Virus record (IMG/VR): IMGVR_UViG_3300031993_006627
Location: 64,001-128,000 of that record
DNA: 64,000 nt
Direction: 5' to 3' (one strand)
Source of the DNA: a virus
Lineage: Duplodnaviria > Caudoviricetes
Positions 56,122 through 64,000 of the stretch are shown one piece after another. The position numbers were made by a program, and so were the translations under genes. Numbering within the stretch: the stretch's first letter is position 1; the number at the start of each line of letters is the position of its first letter. The notes beneath the pieces were generated by a model. That model had not been told where the DNA came from, made no database searches, and was given only the letters and a program-made list of their open reading frames with translations.

Positions 56122-57986
56122 AGGGCGATCTCAAGACTCATTCCGGGGGTGTATTCATCCTCGGTGTGCATAATCTGGATGGTGATTTTTCTGGCTGGAG
56201 GCCGACATTCTACTCCTGCACGTCTGTCGAGTACAGCATGGGGATGAACGATCTGCCGTCATTGAATCTCGTCGTTGGACAGGGCTCACCTCTTTCCGGC
56301 AGCAGCCAAACAGCTACGAACAGTGATGGCTCTTTGCAGGAGCTCCTGGACCAGGGTATCAGCCGTCGTGCTGATGCTTCCAAGTTGCTTCGATGCACGC
56401 TGTACGAAGCCGCAAATGACGGAACAAGCAAAGCTGCTGTGTTTCGCGGTTATATTGTCAATGTGACAGCTCTCATCAAGACAGGGAACCTGACGATTAA
56501 GGCTGTCCGTGTGCTCTGCCTTGGTCTGGGTGCCGTGCTGCATATCTCTCCTTTGGCCGGTTATCGCAGAACAAGTGCGTCCGTGTTTATCAATGCGGCA
56601 TCTGGCGGTGGCTCCGAGCTGCCTACTAGAGGCGCAACTGGTGTTGGCTATGTTGACCCGTTTGTCCTGCAGGATGCGACATCTGATGATTTCCTGTGTG
56701 CGAATTATACAGACAAGATGAAGGGACGGGATATTCTGACAAAGATATCTGTCTTGATGAATGTGATCGCGGAAGCAGGCACTTATCAGGGATCGGAGAG
56801 CTGGCCATTACCATCGGATGATTGGACGGAGGATAAGCTCGGTATCAAGAGCTGCCTGTTCTGCAATTATGTTCTGGACAACAGCACATTCCCGAACCCT
56901 AACACGGAGAAAAGCCTGAACAAGTTCCTGTGCGATGAGATCTTGTCCAATTTGCAGCAGACGTCTGTACTGACAACGATTATGAGCCTGACAAACAGTA
57001 TGGACCTGCTCATGTGCGTGGTTCCTCACTTTGTGTACGGTGGAACTGCAGATGATTTCCGTATGGAACTCAGGCCTCCGGATTCCTGGAATGCTGTGAA
57101 TATTATCGAGATACCGGATCACTTTGTGACAAGCTGCAATACAGCACTGAACCATCTGGCGCATCTGAATGATCCTGAAGTGCTTGTTGTGGATTACTCG
57201 GATGGTCCCGGTTCCACAGACGGATCGAACTCCAGTGGTCAAGCTACTGGTTGCTTCGGCATATTCGCTTTGTCCCCGGTCGTTCGGGAATGGGCAAGAC
57301 GCCGGTACACGTTCTCCAGTGACAACACGGTTATTAAGGAAGCGCTGAGACCGATGTATTACAAGACACGGTTTTTCCGTGCTCCATCCTGGCTGGATTT
57401 CTCCCACATGGAAGATGTCTATGATGCTGCTGTGTTCAAGACACCGGCGAGTATCCCGGCCAATGATAATGAGGCTAAAGGCGGCTTTGTTACGATTGAC
57501 CAGGACAACCTGGAGAGGAAGACGCAGATTGCTGATGATATCGCCCAGGCCATGTACGTCTATCTGCATGGCGCATCTGATACGGCATCTTTTGCACTGA
57601 CTCCAGACGCCAGGTTTGGTCTGAGCTCCATCGGCTGCCTGGAAAACCATATCGGCCGTACAGTTGACATCTGCGGGTACCGTGGTATTCTCCGGCATAT
57701 CCATTTCGTCTATAACAGCGGGAACACTACAAGTGCTTCCTATACCATCACGCTGGAACGTGTCCGCCCGATTGATCCCAGCGAAAAGCATATCACATGT
57801 ACGCTTTACAGACAGACGCAGACGAACACGGAGAGTACCGGTAATAACGCTCTCTGGGCGGATGGCAGCGGCTCCTTCTTCGGTTCCCAGGCACAATCCG
57901 CCGTAAAGAATCTGCTTGGTGCGGAGTACATGAGCAGCAAGCTGCAGAATGTGGCGCAGCGTGTTTATCAGGTGCTGCACAACTAG
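56118..57986 (+). CDS. Putative baseplate hub protein (gp27/gpD-like)
   Basis: Size, synteny, VFRGYIVNV and YRGILRHIHFVY..YTITLERVR motifs. Confidence 0.5.
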   Translation: MKGDLKTHSGGVFILGVHNLDGDFSGWRPTFYSCTSVEYSMGMNDLPSLNLVVGQGSPLSGSSQTATNSDGSLQELLDQGISRRADASKLLRCTLYEAANDGTSKAAVFRGYIVNVTALIKTGNLTIKAVRVLCLGLGAVLHISPLAGYRRTSASVFINAASGGGSELPTRGATGVGYVDPFVLQDATSDDFLCANYTDKMKGRDILTKISVLMNVIAEAGTYQGSESWPLPSDDWTEDKLGIKSCLFCNYVLDNSTFPNPNTEKSLNKFLCDEILSNLQQTSVLTTIMSLTNSMDLLMCVVPHFVYGGTADDFRMELRPPDSWNAVNIIEIPDHFVTSCNTALNHLAHLNDPEVLVVDYSDGPGSTDGSNSSGQATGCFGIFALSPVVREWARRRYTFSSDNTVIKEALRPMYYKTRFFRAPSWLDFSHMEDVYDAAVFKTPASIPANDNEAKGGFVTIDQDNLERKTQIADDIAQAMYVYLHGASDTASFALTPDARFGLSSIGCLENHIGRTVDICGYRGILRHIHFVYNSGNTTSASYTITLERVRPIDPSEKHITCTLYRQTQTNTESTGNNALWADGSGSFFGSQAQSAVKNLLGAEYMSSKLQNVAQRVYQVLHN

Positions 57987-58017
57987 TAAGACGGTATAAG
58001 TATAAAGAGGTGCGCAC

Positions 58018-58824
58018 ATGGAAAACATTTTCGATAAGCTGACAACCAAGCTCCCGAAAGCTACTCCGGATGAGCTGGAGATGCTGGATGATAACATCAC
58101 GGCTGCTCCGATGGAGCAATTCAAGGCTAAGTCCTTGAAAAATATAGTCTTGGATTGGCAACAGGATCGTAATCCGGAGAAGACTGCGTTCATGTTGAAG
58201 AAGCTGAAACCGACGATTAACTCGGCACTCACCAGCTTCGCTCCCGGCATGGAAAAGTCCCTGCAAATCAAGGCAACTAAACTGGCGCTGGATGCCGCTG
58301 CTTCCTATGACCCATCCTACGGTACGGATCCCAGTACCCATGTTTTCCATACGTTGAAGCGGCTCTATCGGTATGGTGCCAAGAGAAACAATATCATGCC
58401 GGTCTCCGAACGTGGCTATGCGGAATCCAAGTATATCAAAGAGCTGATGGCTGAGTTCGAAGATGCCAAGGGGCGCGAACCTTCTGCGATGGAACTGGCG
58501 GATCGTTCCGGTTTTTCTGTGAAGAAGATCAACAAGATCCTCGGTGCAAACAAGATCCGCAACGATTCCTCTACCATCAATCCGGAAACCCATCAGTCCT
58601 ATGTGGCTGCCTCTGACCTGGACGATGACGACTACTTCGAATACGTCTACGCTTCTGTCGGACCCATTGACCAGAAGATCATGGAATGGTCCTCCGGCAA
58701 GCATGGCCGGCCGGTGCTCGCCAATCAGGAAATTGCTCGACGCTTGCATGTCACACCGGCCGCGATCTCCCAACGGCGTGCCAAACTGATGAACATGATG
58801 TCTGATGTCAGGAGTATGTTATGA
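58018..58824 (+). CDS. Sigma70-family (FliA/SigF-like) RNA polymerase sigma factor
   Basis: Region 2 ALDAAASYDPSYGTDPSTHV; region 3 GREPSAMELADRSG; region 4 HTH NQEIARRLHVTPAAISQRR. Confidence 0.8.
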   Translation: MENIFDKLTTKLPKATPDELEMLDDNITAAPMEQFKAKSLKNIVLDWQQDRNPEKTAFMLKKLKPTINSALTSFAPGMEKSLQIKATKLALDAAASYDPSYGTDPSTHVFHTLKRLYRYGAKRNNIMPVSERGYAESKYIKELMAEFEDAKGREPSAMELADRSGFSVKKINKILGANKIRNDSSTINPETHQSYVAASDLDDDDYFEYVYASVGPIDQKIMEWSSGKHGRPVLANQEIARRLHVTPAAISQRRAKLMNMMSDVRSML

Positions 58825-59285
58825 AGCACTCCTGGGAAATCCTTCTGATCGCGACCAAGCTGGAACGAGCGGCTCTCCGCAGTATCCTGGCAGAATTCAC
58901 TGCCAAGTGGAAGCGAGAAGTCGCTCCGACTATGCCCGTGCGGTCTGAATCGGAGGATGCCCTGTATAATGAGGAGCTGCAGGATGTCAACTGGCGTCCT
59001 GTAACGTCCAAGGACGAGATGTCATCCAGGGTTATCTCCGTGACGAATACAGCGGTCAAGGTACGGGACGTCCATGAAGCGAACCGTGCACAACGAGATG
59101 TAGAGATCATCATGGCTGGCCGTCGCAAGTTGATGAAAGGCTGCATGGATGCCGTCGTTGGCAGGGAGGCAAAGATGGATCGTATCGTTGCGATACGAGA
59201 AGGCAACAAAGAAGCCTATACAAACCTGTCAGACGCTAAGGAAAACCAGAACTTCAGTACTGATATGAGGAAGAGTGGAAAATGA
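58821..59285 (+). CDS. Hypothetical protein
   Basis: ATGA-coupled ORF, AGGAG SD. Confidence 0.6.
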   Translation: MKHSWEILLIATKLERAALRSILAEFTAKWKREVAPTMPVRSESEDALYNEELQDVNWRPVTSKDEMSSRVISVTNTAVKVRDVHEANRAQRDVEIIMAGRRKLMKGCMDAVVGREAKMDRIVAIREGNKEAYTNLSDAKENQNFSTDMRKSGK

Positions 59286-59656
59286 AAGATCTCCAGATCA
59301 TACCAGATACAGAGGGCGATGTCGAGTTCTACCCAAGAGGGGAAAGTGAAGACACCGGCCTGATGCTTCTGCAGAGACTTTATGTAATGCTCTTCAGTGA
59401 CGGCTCCTCCGGCTACCGGCAGGGTGACGGCGGTTATACTCTGTGGAACTTCATGGAAGGTGGAAACATCCCGCCGAAACAGGTCTTCGACGCGATTCTG
59501 GCGACAAGCTGTGCTACTGCCATGAACATGCTGGATGAAGCTGACAGAGACCTTATCCAATCGTTCTCCGGTGAGGGCTTCGACGATGGCTCTGCGATAT
59601 TCACACTGACTTTACAAGACGGAACAACAGTGAAAGGCAAACTGACAAATGGCTGA
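59282..59656 (+). CDS. Putative baseplate wedge gp25/gpW-like protein
   Basis: 124 aa directly upstream of baseplate J; GLMLLQRLYVMLFS..GS pattern. Confidence 0.55.
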   Translation: MKDLQIIPDTEGDVEFYPRGESEDTGLMLLQRLYVMLFSDGSSGYRQGDGGYTLWNFMEGGNIPPKQVFDAILATSCATAMNMLDEADRDLIQSFSGEGFDDGSAIFTLTLQDGTTVKGKLTNG

Positions 59657-61190
59657 TTACATAGAACCTACACAGCGTTCATTCAACTCCGCTGAGGCGA
59701 CGGCGACAGATGTCATTTCACAGTCGTCTCCGACTCTGATTACAAAAGCCGGTTCTGTCATTCGGGAACTCATTATCCGGCCGATCTCGTATCTGACCGC
59801 CTGGGCAAACGACAACTTGCTGGACAAACTCGCGACTACCAGCGTGATGTATCTGAAGACATCCCAGGCTACGGAGAACCCGGTTGCTGATATGGTGGCA
59901 TCCAATTACTTCGTGACACGCAAGCAGGGAACGAACGCCCGTGGTATCCTCACACTGACTCTGCTGCAACCGGTGCTCCGCATTTCCCGTGGTTCCCAGT
60001 TTACGGTGGGCGGAGCCACCATGGTGACACCGGAGCAGTATCTCATCACCAACAGTGATATGACCGGCGTTGCCACAGACTTCGTCTACATCAAGAGCAT
60101 CCCCTATGGTGACTATTACATCGCCAACGTTCCTGTTGTAAGCGCGGTTCCAGGACGACTGGAACTGCCTGTTGGTTCGGCTGTCACGATTGGGTTCAGT
60201 ACCAACATCATCATCGACGCGGAACTCACGAGCCCTGTGACCGGCGGTACCGACGTGGAAACTGATGCAGAGATGATGGAGCGTGCCGAGTATAACACGG
60301 CAGAGTCCGGCATCGGTTCCTTCTACGGTCTCCAGAAGAAGTTTACAAAGGCGCCCGTTGCAGTCCTTGGTCTGGCCGTGACTGCCGGTGAAGATGCGCC
60401 GCTGCTGAAGGCCAGATATAACAACGTGAATATCAATCCCGGCGGTATGGTCGATTGCTACGTCAAGACAGTGAAGCAGCCAACCACGGATTCTTTCCAG
60501 GTTACTTGCACCGGCGCAGCCGGCGCTCTCAGTGGCACCGTGGAAGTCGACGGTATTCTGCGAGTCAACTCTGTGATCGTGAACGGCTCACCGCTGGAAG
60601 AATTCTCGGTGGACTTCCAGAGCTGGGACCCGAATGTACCGGCCGACGCCGCACGTCTTTCTGTTAAGCAGAAGACGGTCATCTCCTTCCAGCTTACCGG
60701 AACTCTTGCGACAGCGACATCAGCAGTTGCAACCGTGTTCTGCACGTTTATTCCGGGGCTCCGCGCTTTGCAGAACTACATCGACGCCGATGAGGAGCAC
60801 TTCATCGGCCAGGATACCACGGTCAAGGCAGCTGTTCCTGTGGAGGTCGCTTTCCGTTGTGGCTATTCTTCCGCATCCATGCTGGAAGACGATCAGATTG
60901 CTCTTCTGAAGCAAACCGTCGAGGATTACATCAACAGCATCCAGGTAGGCACCAGGACGATCAACTTCTCGGATGTCCGGAAAGTCTGTGCTTCTGCGGT
61001 TCCGGCGGCTGATCTGCGGCTTCCCTGCGTAATGGCAGGAAAAGCCTTCACCAAGAGCGGAAATATCGACACGTTCCACAGCAATACAGGCATTTTCGAT
61101 ATCAGTGATCCGGCCAATAAGGACTACTGGGATTTCCGGGAATGCTATTTCAGTATCTGCGCAGATAACATCAAGGTGGAAGCGGTATGA
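59649..61190 (+). CDS. Baseplate J-like wedge protein
   Basis: ASNYFVTRKQGTNARGILTL; PVTGGTDVETDAEMMERA; GGMVDCYV. Confidence 0.8.
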   Translation: MADYIEPTQRSFNSAEATATDVISQSSPTLITKAGSVIRELIIRPISYLTAWANDNLLDKLATTSVMYLKTSQATENPVADMVASNYFVTRKQGTNARGILTLTLLQPVLRISRGSQFTVGGATMVTPEQYLITNSDMTGVATDFVYIKSIPYGDYYIANVPVVSAVPGRLELPVGSAVTIGFSTNIIIDAELTSPVTGGTDVETDAEMMERAEYNTAESGIGSFYGLQKKFTKAPVAVLGLAVTAGEDAPLLKARYNNVNINPGGMVDCYVKTVKQPTTDSFQVTCTGAAGALSGTVEVDGILRVNSVIVNGSPLEEFSVDFQSWDPNVPADAARLSVKQKTVISFQLTGTLATATSAVATVFCTFIPGLRALQNYIDADEEHFIGQDTTVKAAVPVEVAFRCGYSSASMLEDDQIALLKQTVEDYINSIQVGTRTINFSDVRKVCASAVPAADLRLPCVMAGKAFTKSGNIDTFHSNTGIFDISDPANKDYWDFRECYFSICADNIKVEAV

Positions 61191-62614
61191 ACTGGATAAA
61201 GCGCATCAGGTTCATTCTCGGTGCCTTCTGGTACCGGATGTTCGCCGATCAGGATTTTCTACTTGGGGTGGAATATTTGCTCGGCGTATTTTTCCGTGTT
61301 ACAGGCTATAAGATGGACAACTGGGTAGCGGGCATGTTCCCGATGCTGCCGGCTGTCTATCCATCTGATATGCCTTATGTGATCTACTTGGACGTCAGCA
61401 GTTTACACAAGGAATGGTACTCCTGGCAGCAGTTTGTAAATCAAGATGTACAGCTTCATGAAGTTACACCTGAAGAGGGTGATTCTTATTGGGAAGTCGG
61501 CGGACCGGATGATGAAGATTATCTTGCCACAGAAGGCGCAGGAAAAGGCTGGGTGGTAGATATCGTGGAGCCTGTACCGGAGCCGTCGTACATGATGAAC
61601 CACCTTTATAAGTGGACACTGACCTTGACCAACGGACCTGACTTCAAGTTCGCCGGAAACCAGATTCTTTTCTATAAGGATCCGACACTGCTGAATCTCC
61701 CGTCAGTCAAGGTTACAACGAAGGACGGAGAGCTGAAAGTCTATTGGAAACTCATCTGCACGATTGATAAGACCGTGAACTATTACTCGGCTGTTTCCGG
61801 GTTCATGTCACCGGAGCTGAATGACTGCGCGGATGTCGTATGGGATATCCATCAGAACGGGGCGACCTACTACAATGCCAAGAAGCTCCTGGCGGCTGTG
61901 ACAGATGGTGTTGTCTGTGATGAGGATGGTGCCATCAACGAGAGATGGGAAGAACAGGGATGGACATTCCTGCGTGTTGAGGACAAGATCTACGGCTCCA
62001 AAGAAACCTGTAACTACAACGCCGGCGCCAGTGTAAAGAAGGGCGACATCCTGTTCGGCAGCATGAAATTCTACAAGGGTTCCGAGAACCCGGATTCAGC
62101 ATCTATCCCAGGCATCCGCGTCCGTACCGATGCAGGAGAGCTCGTGGCTGAAAACACGGACAAGCGTGTGGTGCAAGTCAGTGTTTCCGGTTCCACTTTC
62201 AACGTGCTTCCTCTCACAGGTGATGTGGACACACTGGTCGATTACCTGAATATCTGCATCAGGAACAGCATGGATCCCAGATGCCCGTCTATCAAAGTGG
62301 AAGATCCCAATGAGACGAGACGGAACAACGGGATCATAAATCCCTACAAGTTCGTCATGCAGACGCTTCGCAAAGGCCGTACCTGTGCTGTCCGTCTGAC
62401 AGCGACATCGGTCTCTAAGCTCGAAGCAGCCATCCAGGTGCTGCGCAAGAGTACAAACCTCGGCGGTTTAATCACGATGTATGTGAAGGATTCCTCTGAG
62501 ACTGCTAATGTAACCGTGTCGGGCTTCACTGCCGACGCCGGAATGGGCGTTGTTGCTGTGGATGCCACCGTAACGGTACAGGGAAAAGCAGCAGAGGCAA
62601 GAATCCTTCCATGA
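61187..62614 (+). CDS. Putative baseplate wedge protein (gpI/gp7-like)
   Basis: Follows baseplate J, ATGA coupling. Confidence 0.45.
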   Translation: MNWIKRIRFILGAFWYRMFADQDFLLGVEYLLGVFFRVTGYKMDNWVAGMFPMLPAVYPSDMPYVIYLDVSSLHKEWYSWQQFVNQDVQLHEVTPEEGDSYWEVGGPDDEDYLATEGAGKGWVVDIVEPVPEPSYMMNHLYKWTLTLTNGPDFKFAGNQILFYKDPTLLNLPSVKVTTKDGELKVYWKLICTIDKTVNYYSAVSGFMSPELNDCADVVWDIHQNGATYYNAKKLLAAVTDGVVCDEDGAINERWEEQGWTFLRVEDKIYGSKETCNYNAGASVKKGDILFGSMKFYKGSENPDSASIPGIRVRTDAGELVAENTDKRVVQVSVSGSTFNVLPLTGDVDTLVDYLNICIRNSMDPRCPSIKVEDPNETRRNNGIINPYKFVMQTLRKGRTCAVRLTATSVSKLEAAIQVLRKSTNLGGLITMYVKDSSETANVTVSGFTADAGMGVVAVDATVTVQGKAAEARILP

Positions 62615-63045
62615 ACTACCAACTTCAGCAAGGCGGACCAAAGGTCATCGCCGATATTCTTAGCGGTTCCGGCGAGAAGCTGGACGGAATCTACGTCACC
62701 TATGCCGGCGCAAATGCCGATTCTGTTCCGGAGGTTGATCGTAAGTACTTCGAGTATCTGGCAAAACGACCTTCCTGCGGTTATGCAAGGATCCCAGTCA
62801 GAAGCTGCAAGAGCTTTGAAGATGGCTCCCTGATGTTCACGGGTTTATTGTCCGCGTCTGATCTTATAGGGTCCAAACCGACCAAACGCTCAAGGATCAC
62901 GACTGCTACTCTGGTGTCCATGAACGAAGATCCGACCAAGGATCGCTTCGTTTATACAGCACTGCTTCAGACACAGAGCCCTTTGGTCCCAGGGACACAC
63001 ATTGTCATAGACTTACACATGAGGATCGGAGGAACAAATGCCTGA
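62611..63045 (+). CDS. Hypothetical baseplate/fibre-attachment protein
   Basis: ATGA-coupled; YARIPV motif. Confidence 0.5.
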   Translation: MNYQLQQGGPKVIADILSGSGEKLDGIYVTYAGANADSVPEVDRKYFEYLAKRPSCGYARIPVRSCKSFEDGSLMFTGLLSASDLIGSKPTKRSRITTATLVSMNEDPTKDRFVYTALLQTQSPLVPGTHIVIDLHMRIGGTNA

Positions 63046-64000
63046 TACGACAATCCAGCCCTACTCTGTACCGAAGGTCAGCACGCAGCACGCTGCCAGT
63101 AACGAGGCAGCTGTTGCAATCCTGGATAACTCGCTGGACTACATCAACGAAGCACTGAACGACATGGCTGCCCGACTCGCGGAAGCCGGCTCCAAGAACG
63201 CGATTATCCGACATGCTGTTCCAGTGGGAGACGGTGTCTCTGCCGGCACGCTGGTTTATTTCAACACGGAGACTTCTCTTTTCGAGCCGGCCATTGCCAA
63301 ACTTGAGGCTCTTCCCGGAGAGAATGGCGCCAGCATCGAGGCACCGAGCGCTCGTGTCGAAGGTCTTATCCTGCGCGTTGATGCGTCCGAGGCAACCGGA
63401 ACGATGCTCTGCGGGGGCTACTATGAAGATGACAACGTTGCCCAAAACTGCCTTGGAGAGAACGCGGTTGCCGGTACCTACTATCTGAGCCCTTACACAG
63501 CTGGAAAAGCTACGACAGATACGGAAGGTCTTCTCCGGCAGCCTGTGCTGTCTTATTACGGAGACGGCAAGTTCAGCCTGAGCCTGTTCTACCTGGCGCA
63601 CGACAATCACTATCACACCACGGCCATTCTGCAGGATGCATGGACGGAGGTTCCGGCGACTGCTGAAGATATTCCTGACAGAGCGTTGTGGATGTACGAT
63701 GGCTCTCTGCTTGCAAGCTCCTATGTCGGCGTCTTGTCCCCGATTACAACGGCGTTGTTCTGGAACGGTGTTCTGCAGAATCTGCTGGATGATCCAACGG
63801 ATGCTACAGATACACGCTCATTCGTTATCTACAAGGGAGTGATTTACTGCAGGGAAGCCACTAAACCGGAACCCGGCAGTGTAACCATCTTCAATCATTT
63901 CCCGTTCGCATACAATAGCTCGGTTGTCCGTAGTATCCAGAGCACGAACCCCTCTATGCTTGCAGTAGAGGACGCCAATGGTGTCGTCACGCTGACACCT
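63038..64000 (+). CDS. Putative tail fibre/baseplate protein, 5' part (runs off the window)
   Basis: GGAGG SD; ATG 63038; open frame MPDTTIQPYSVPK...GTYYLSPYTAGKAT... continuing towards the window end. Confidence 0.6.
   Translation, partial: MPDTTIQPYSVPKVSTQHAASNEAAVAILDNSLDYINEALNDMAARLAEAGSKNAIIRHAVPVGDGVSAGTLVYFNTETSLFEPAIAKLEALPGENGASIEAPSARVEGLILRVDASEATGTMLCGGYYEDDNVAQNCLGENAVAGTYYLSPYTAGKATTDTEGLLRQPVLSYYGDGKFSLSLFYLAHDNHYHTTAILQDAWTEVPATAEDIPDRALWMYDGSLLASSYVGVLSPITTALFWNGVLQNLLDDPTDATDTRSFVIYKGVIYCREATKPEPGSVTIFNHFPFAYNSSVVRSIQSTNPSMLAVEDANGVVTLTP

Noticed and set aside
46409-64000. Tailocin, eCIS or T6SS locus
   Set aside because: Portal, protease, scaffold and capsid candidates are contiguous with the tail genes, indicating a complete phage.
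1-64000. Stop-codon reassignment
   Set aside because: Genes are long, intact and tightly coupled under the standard code; TAA, TGA and TAG (57984-57986) all end genes.
1-64000. tRNA or rRNA genes, DGR or retron reverse transcriptase, terminase, integrase
   Set aside because: No diagnostic motifs recognised by eye; intergenic gaps are mostly too short. A tRNAscan-SE and HMM run would be needed to exclude them formally.

Overview
This 64 kb window is the virion-morphogenesis region of a large contractile-tailed (myovirus-type) bacteriophage, read almost entirely on the + strand in the standard genetic code. Order: small tightly coupled hypothetical genes (1-3789); a free-standing NUMOD4-HNH endonuclease; a putative portal; a ~30 kb block of putative internal-head proteins interleaved with a phage-encoded, bacterial-type multisubunit RNA polymerase; an intein-containing putative prohead protease; scaffold, decoration protein and major capsid; neck, sheath, tube, spike, tail chaperones, tape measure and baseplate, with a sigma70-family gene embedded among the baseplate genes. 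The RNA polymerase is split into three genes (beta-N; a beta-C/beta'-N fusion with two inteins; beta'-C). The most striking observations are: (1) an intein inside the RNAP catalytic motif with an Asn/Asp swap (DFDGN|C...WD|T), so canonical splicing would not restore DFDGD; (2) a K-x-A motif and short paralogous N-terminal leaders shared by about 20 head-region proteins, pointing to a capsid-targeting and protease-processing code for swappable cargo; (3) about nine of these cargo proteins carry glycine-zipper membrane hairpins; (4) an internal SD/ATG occluded by a hairpin inside the active-site intein. All calls come from motif recognition and synteny only; no database searches were run.
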